Source: a virus
DNA length: 64,000 nucleotides
IMG/VR virus record: IMGVR_UViG_3300027779_000011
Span: 1-64,000 of that record
Direction: 5' to 3' (one strand)
A program made the translations under genes and the position numbers. Position 1 is the first letter of the stretch; each line of letters starts with the position of its first letter. Shown here piece by piece: positions 61,354-64,000 of this stretch. The notes under the pieces are model-generated. The model ran no database searches. It was given only the letters and a program-made list of their open reading frames with translations, and was not told the origin of the DNA.

Positions 61354-61645
61354 AATTGAAGACACAGACATTATCATCAGACGAGCAGCAAACGGCTGGA
61401 TCGTTTTCTCTGGCTCAGAGCATGAGGAAAGTTGCTTCATAACAACAGTGTATGAGGAAGGAGATACAGAGTGGGCTGAGGCTGATACGCTGATACATCT
61501 TTTCCATGATCATTTCCCTGGATACACTCAGTCAAAAAAGCTGGGTGGTATAAAACTAGAAGTGCGAGAGCAGGGATATGCGTTTGAACGAGAGCAGGGA
61601 TATGCGTTTGAAGAGGATAAGGAACAAAATAATGACCAAGGATGA
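61343..61645 (+). CDS. Hypothetical protein
   Basis: IIRRAANGWIV; in-frame 24-bp duplication. Confidence 0.6.
   Translation: MKPEIEDTDIIIRRAANGWIVFSGSEHEESCFITTVYEEGDTEWAEADTLIHLFHDHFPGYTQSKKLGGIKLEVREQGYAFEREQGYAFEEDKEQNNDQG
61565..61612 (+). repeat. Perfect 24-bp tandem duplication
   Basis: CGAGAGCAGGGATATGCGTTTGAA x2. Confidence 0.9.
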
Positions 61646-61865
61646 CATCAGTAAACAAAATAATGACTGCTATGTCACAAAAGTCCAAGAGCTGCCTAAC
61701 GGCGAACTGTTTGTTGAACTGCCTCAAAAACTAATAGACCAACTTGGTTGGGAGGTTGGCGATGAAGTTAAGTGGGAAGAGTCAGAGATCTGTGAAGATT
61801 GGGGTGAGCACAAGGGATTTACACTGAGTAATAAATCCAAGCTGGTTCGGGATGATTTAGAATAA
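61632..61865 (+). CDS. AbrB/MazE-like DNA-binding protein
   Basis: ELFVELP....QLGW..GD.V.W. Confidence 0.65.
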   Translation: MTKDDISKQNNDCYVTKVQELPNGELFVELPQKLIDQLGWEVGDEVKWEESEICEDWGEHKGFTLSNKSKLVRDDLE

Positions 61866-61870
61866 TTTTA

Positions 61871-61938
61871 ATTCGATTCCCATCGCCTCCACTGTTTTTA
61901 TTATCTACTTAGTATAATAGACAGTTGAGGTTCAGAGT
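61871..61938 (+). repeat. Direct repeat copy 2 fused to a tmRNA 3'-end-like remnant
   Basis: ATTCGATTCCCATCGCCTCCAC versus tmRNA ATTCGATTTCCGCCGCCTCCAC. Confidence 0.75.
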
Positions 61939-62314
61939 TGAAAATAACAAAGAAAAGAATATAATGCTAACACAGGGAGCTATAATGTTTGATCCTGGCA
62001 GCTTAGTCGGCAAAGAGGTCCGATCTTTAAGCGACGAAGAATACGGACACCGCGTTTTAACTTATAATTCAGATACCCAGAGGTATATTGTTGAGACTAT
62101 TTACTGGAATAACAGAGAGATAGTGAATCCAGATTATCTTGGAAGCACAATTAGTAAGGATGGCCTATACCGCAAATATGATGTAAGATTTGCGGGGGAA
62201 TAAGGTTATCGTCAACAGGTATTTGTTGTAATTATATGTAGAACTGCCCATGATTACTTCTGCAAACATACAGATGGATACTTAATTCTTCCGTCTTAAT
62301 TTCTGGAGCTTAAA

Positions 62315-62890
62315 ATGAAGGAAGAGCTAGATAAAAAACTTGTTAAGGCGTTCCCACTTCTCTATGGAGATAGGCATGGTCCAATACGGTCAACAGCTAT
62401 GTGCTGGGGCTTCGCATGTTCAGACGGGTGGTTTGATATAGTTTGGGATTTGTCCTCAAAACTTGAACCGCTTATTCAGAAGTTTATTGACGACAACCCC
62501 AACATGTCCTGTTGGGATTGTGGCTGTGACAAGAACCGGCACTACGGATGGAAACATATTCCCGGTAAGTGTCTGGTAATACACGTCGATATAGATTCAG
62601 AAGAAGAGCCACCAAACAACTACCTCGCCTGTCATTGCGAAAAGTATATGGCATCTCACCCAAGAGCCGCTCAGGTAAAAGAGAAGTTTGGAGGGCTTAG
62701 GTTCTACATGACATGCGCCAACGACGAAATCTTCAATCTGATCGAAAAGGCAGAAACGCTATCCTACAAAACTTGCGAGGAATGTGGAAAGCCGGGAGAA
62801 GAGAGGAACGTCGGCTGGATTCATACCCTTTGCGATTATTGTCATGAGAAATGGGATAAGATTCGATCAAGAAGATGGGAAGAAGAATGA
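62315..62890 (+). CDS. Paralog of 59776-60393
   Basis: MKEELDKKLVK..; high identity. Confidence 0.8.
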   Translation: MKEELDKKLVKAFPLLYGDRHGPIRSTAMCWGFACSDGWFDIVWDLSSKLEPLIQKFIDDNPNMSCWDCGCDKNRHYGWKHIPGKCLVIHVDIDSEEEPPNNYLACHCEKYMASHPRAAQVKEKFGGLRFYMTCANDEIFNLIEKAETLSYKTCEECGKPGEERNVGWIHTLCDYCHEKWDKIRSRRWEEE

Positions 62891-63011
62891 AACCTGAAAT
62901 TGAAGACACGATATGACAAATAAACATTCTACATTAACTAAATAATATTAATCCTAAGCAAAATGAAAAATATGGTGCGTTATTATAAAATTAATTTGGT
63001 ATCATAACTAT

Positions 63012-63317
63012 ATGATATTCTTATTTTTAATTAGCTGCATGGCCTCCAAATCAGCTATAGACTTCAACCCAACTAATAGTATGTGTCTTGACGCAACAGT
63101 TGCTAATATGAATCTGGCCGGTTGTGATGTAGTATCTGTTGAGAAAACTATTTATGGTATAACTAAGGTTTATTGCTATGAGGCAGATGGCGCAATGGAT
63201 TCAGAGTGGATTAATAATGAATTTTTTGGAATTTCGTTTGGAATGAAAATTCCAGAAGATGTAAAGCCAATATGCACAGACCCATTTCTAATTATGACTG
63301 TAGCTGAAAAAGATTAG
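63012..63317 (+). CDS. Putative lipoprotein, paralog of 41827-42180
   Basis: LISC; conserved Cys pattern. Confidence 0.6.
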   Translation: MIFLFLISCMASKSAIDFNPTNSMCLDATVANMNLAGCDVVSVEKTIYGITKVYCYEADGAMDSEWINNEFFGISFGMKIPEDVKPICTDPFLIMTVAEKD

Positions 63318-63363
63318 AATATTAAATTGCCCTTTGGGTAGAATATCAAACCTGGAGGAAATT

Positions 63364-63585
63364 ATGAGTTTGTTTAATAAATTATTTGGTATGTTTTCTG
63401 GTGCAAATCTTTCTGGTAAGAAGCACGCTGTTATCGCACATACAAAGTCTTCTCTTGGGAGTAACACTTTGTCTACAATGAAAGTTTCGGAGCTTAGAGT
63501 AATGGCTAGGACTATGGGATTGAGCGGATACTCTTCAATGAGAAAGGCAGATCTTGTTAGCTACATTGAGCAGAACCAAGCATAG
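63364..63585 (+). CDS. Protein with Rho N-terminal-like domain
   Basis: LSTMKVSELRVMA..GL.GYS.MRKADLV; GGAGG SD. Confidence 0.7.
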   Translation: MSLFNKLFGMFSGANLSGKKHAVIAHTKSSLGSNTLSTMKVSELRVMARTMGLSGYSSMRKADLVSYIEQNQA

Positions 63586-63589
63586 CTGC

Positions 63590-64000
<411 letters not shown>

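Overview
This window looks like part of a large (jumbo-type) dsDNA phage genome in the standard genetic code, densely coded and mostly on the + strand. It has two parts. (1) About 1.1-19 kb is a putative early/host-takeover region of small, often GC-richer genes organised as short transcription units. A 21-bp motif A (CGGGAGAAAARGTTTDCAAAA, 19 copies) marks most unit boundaries, and each unit carries a conserved promoter-like motif B (TTAGAT-17 bp T-rich spacer-TATAnn, about 20 copies) in either orientation. Cargo includes ArdC, a metallophosphoesterase, a triplicated 136-147 aa protein, two SutA-like proteins, an L7/L12 C-terminal-like protein, three tRNAs and two units that seem to make only structured ncRNAs. 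(2) About 19.5-64 kb is AT-rich. It encodes UvsE, ATP-dependent DNA ligase, thymidine kinase, TilS, MetK, a deaminase, 2OG-Fe(II) oxygenases, methyl- and glycosyltransferases, two kinase-like proteins, a DUF2828-type vWA protein preceded by tandem RNA stems, a J-domain protein, the start of DnaK, more tRNAs and a tmRNA followed by an HNH gene and a duplicated segment. All calls come from reading the sequence by eye; no database searches were run.
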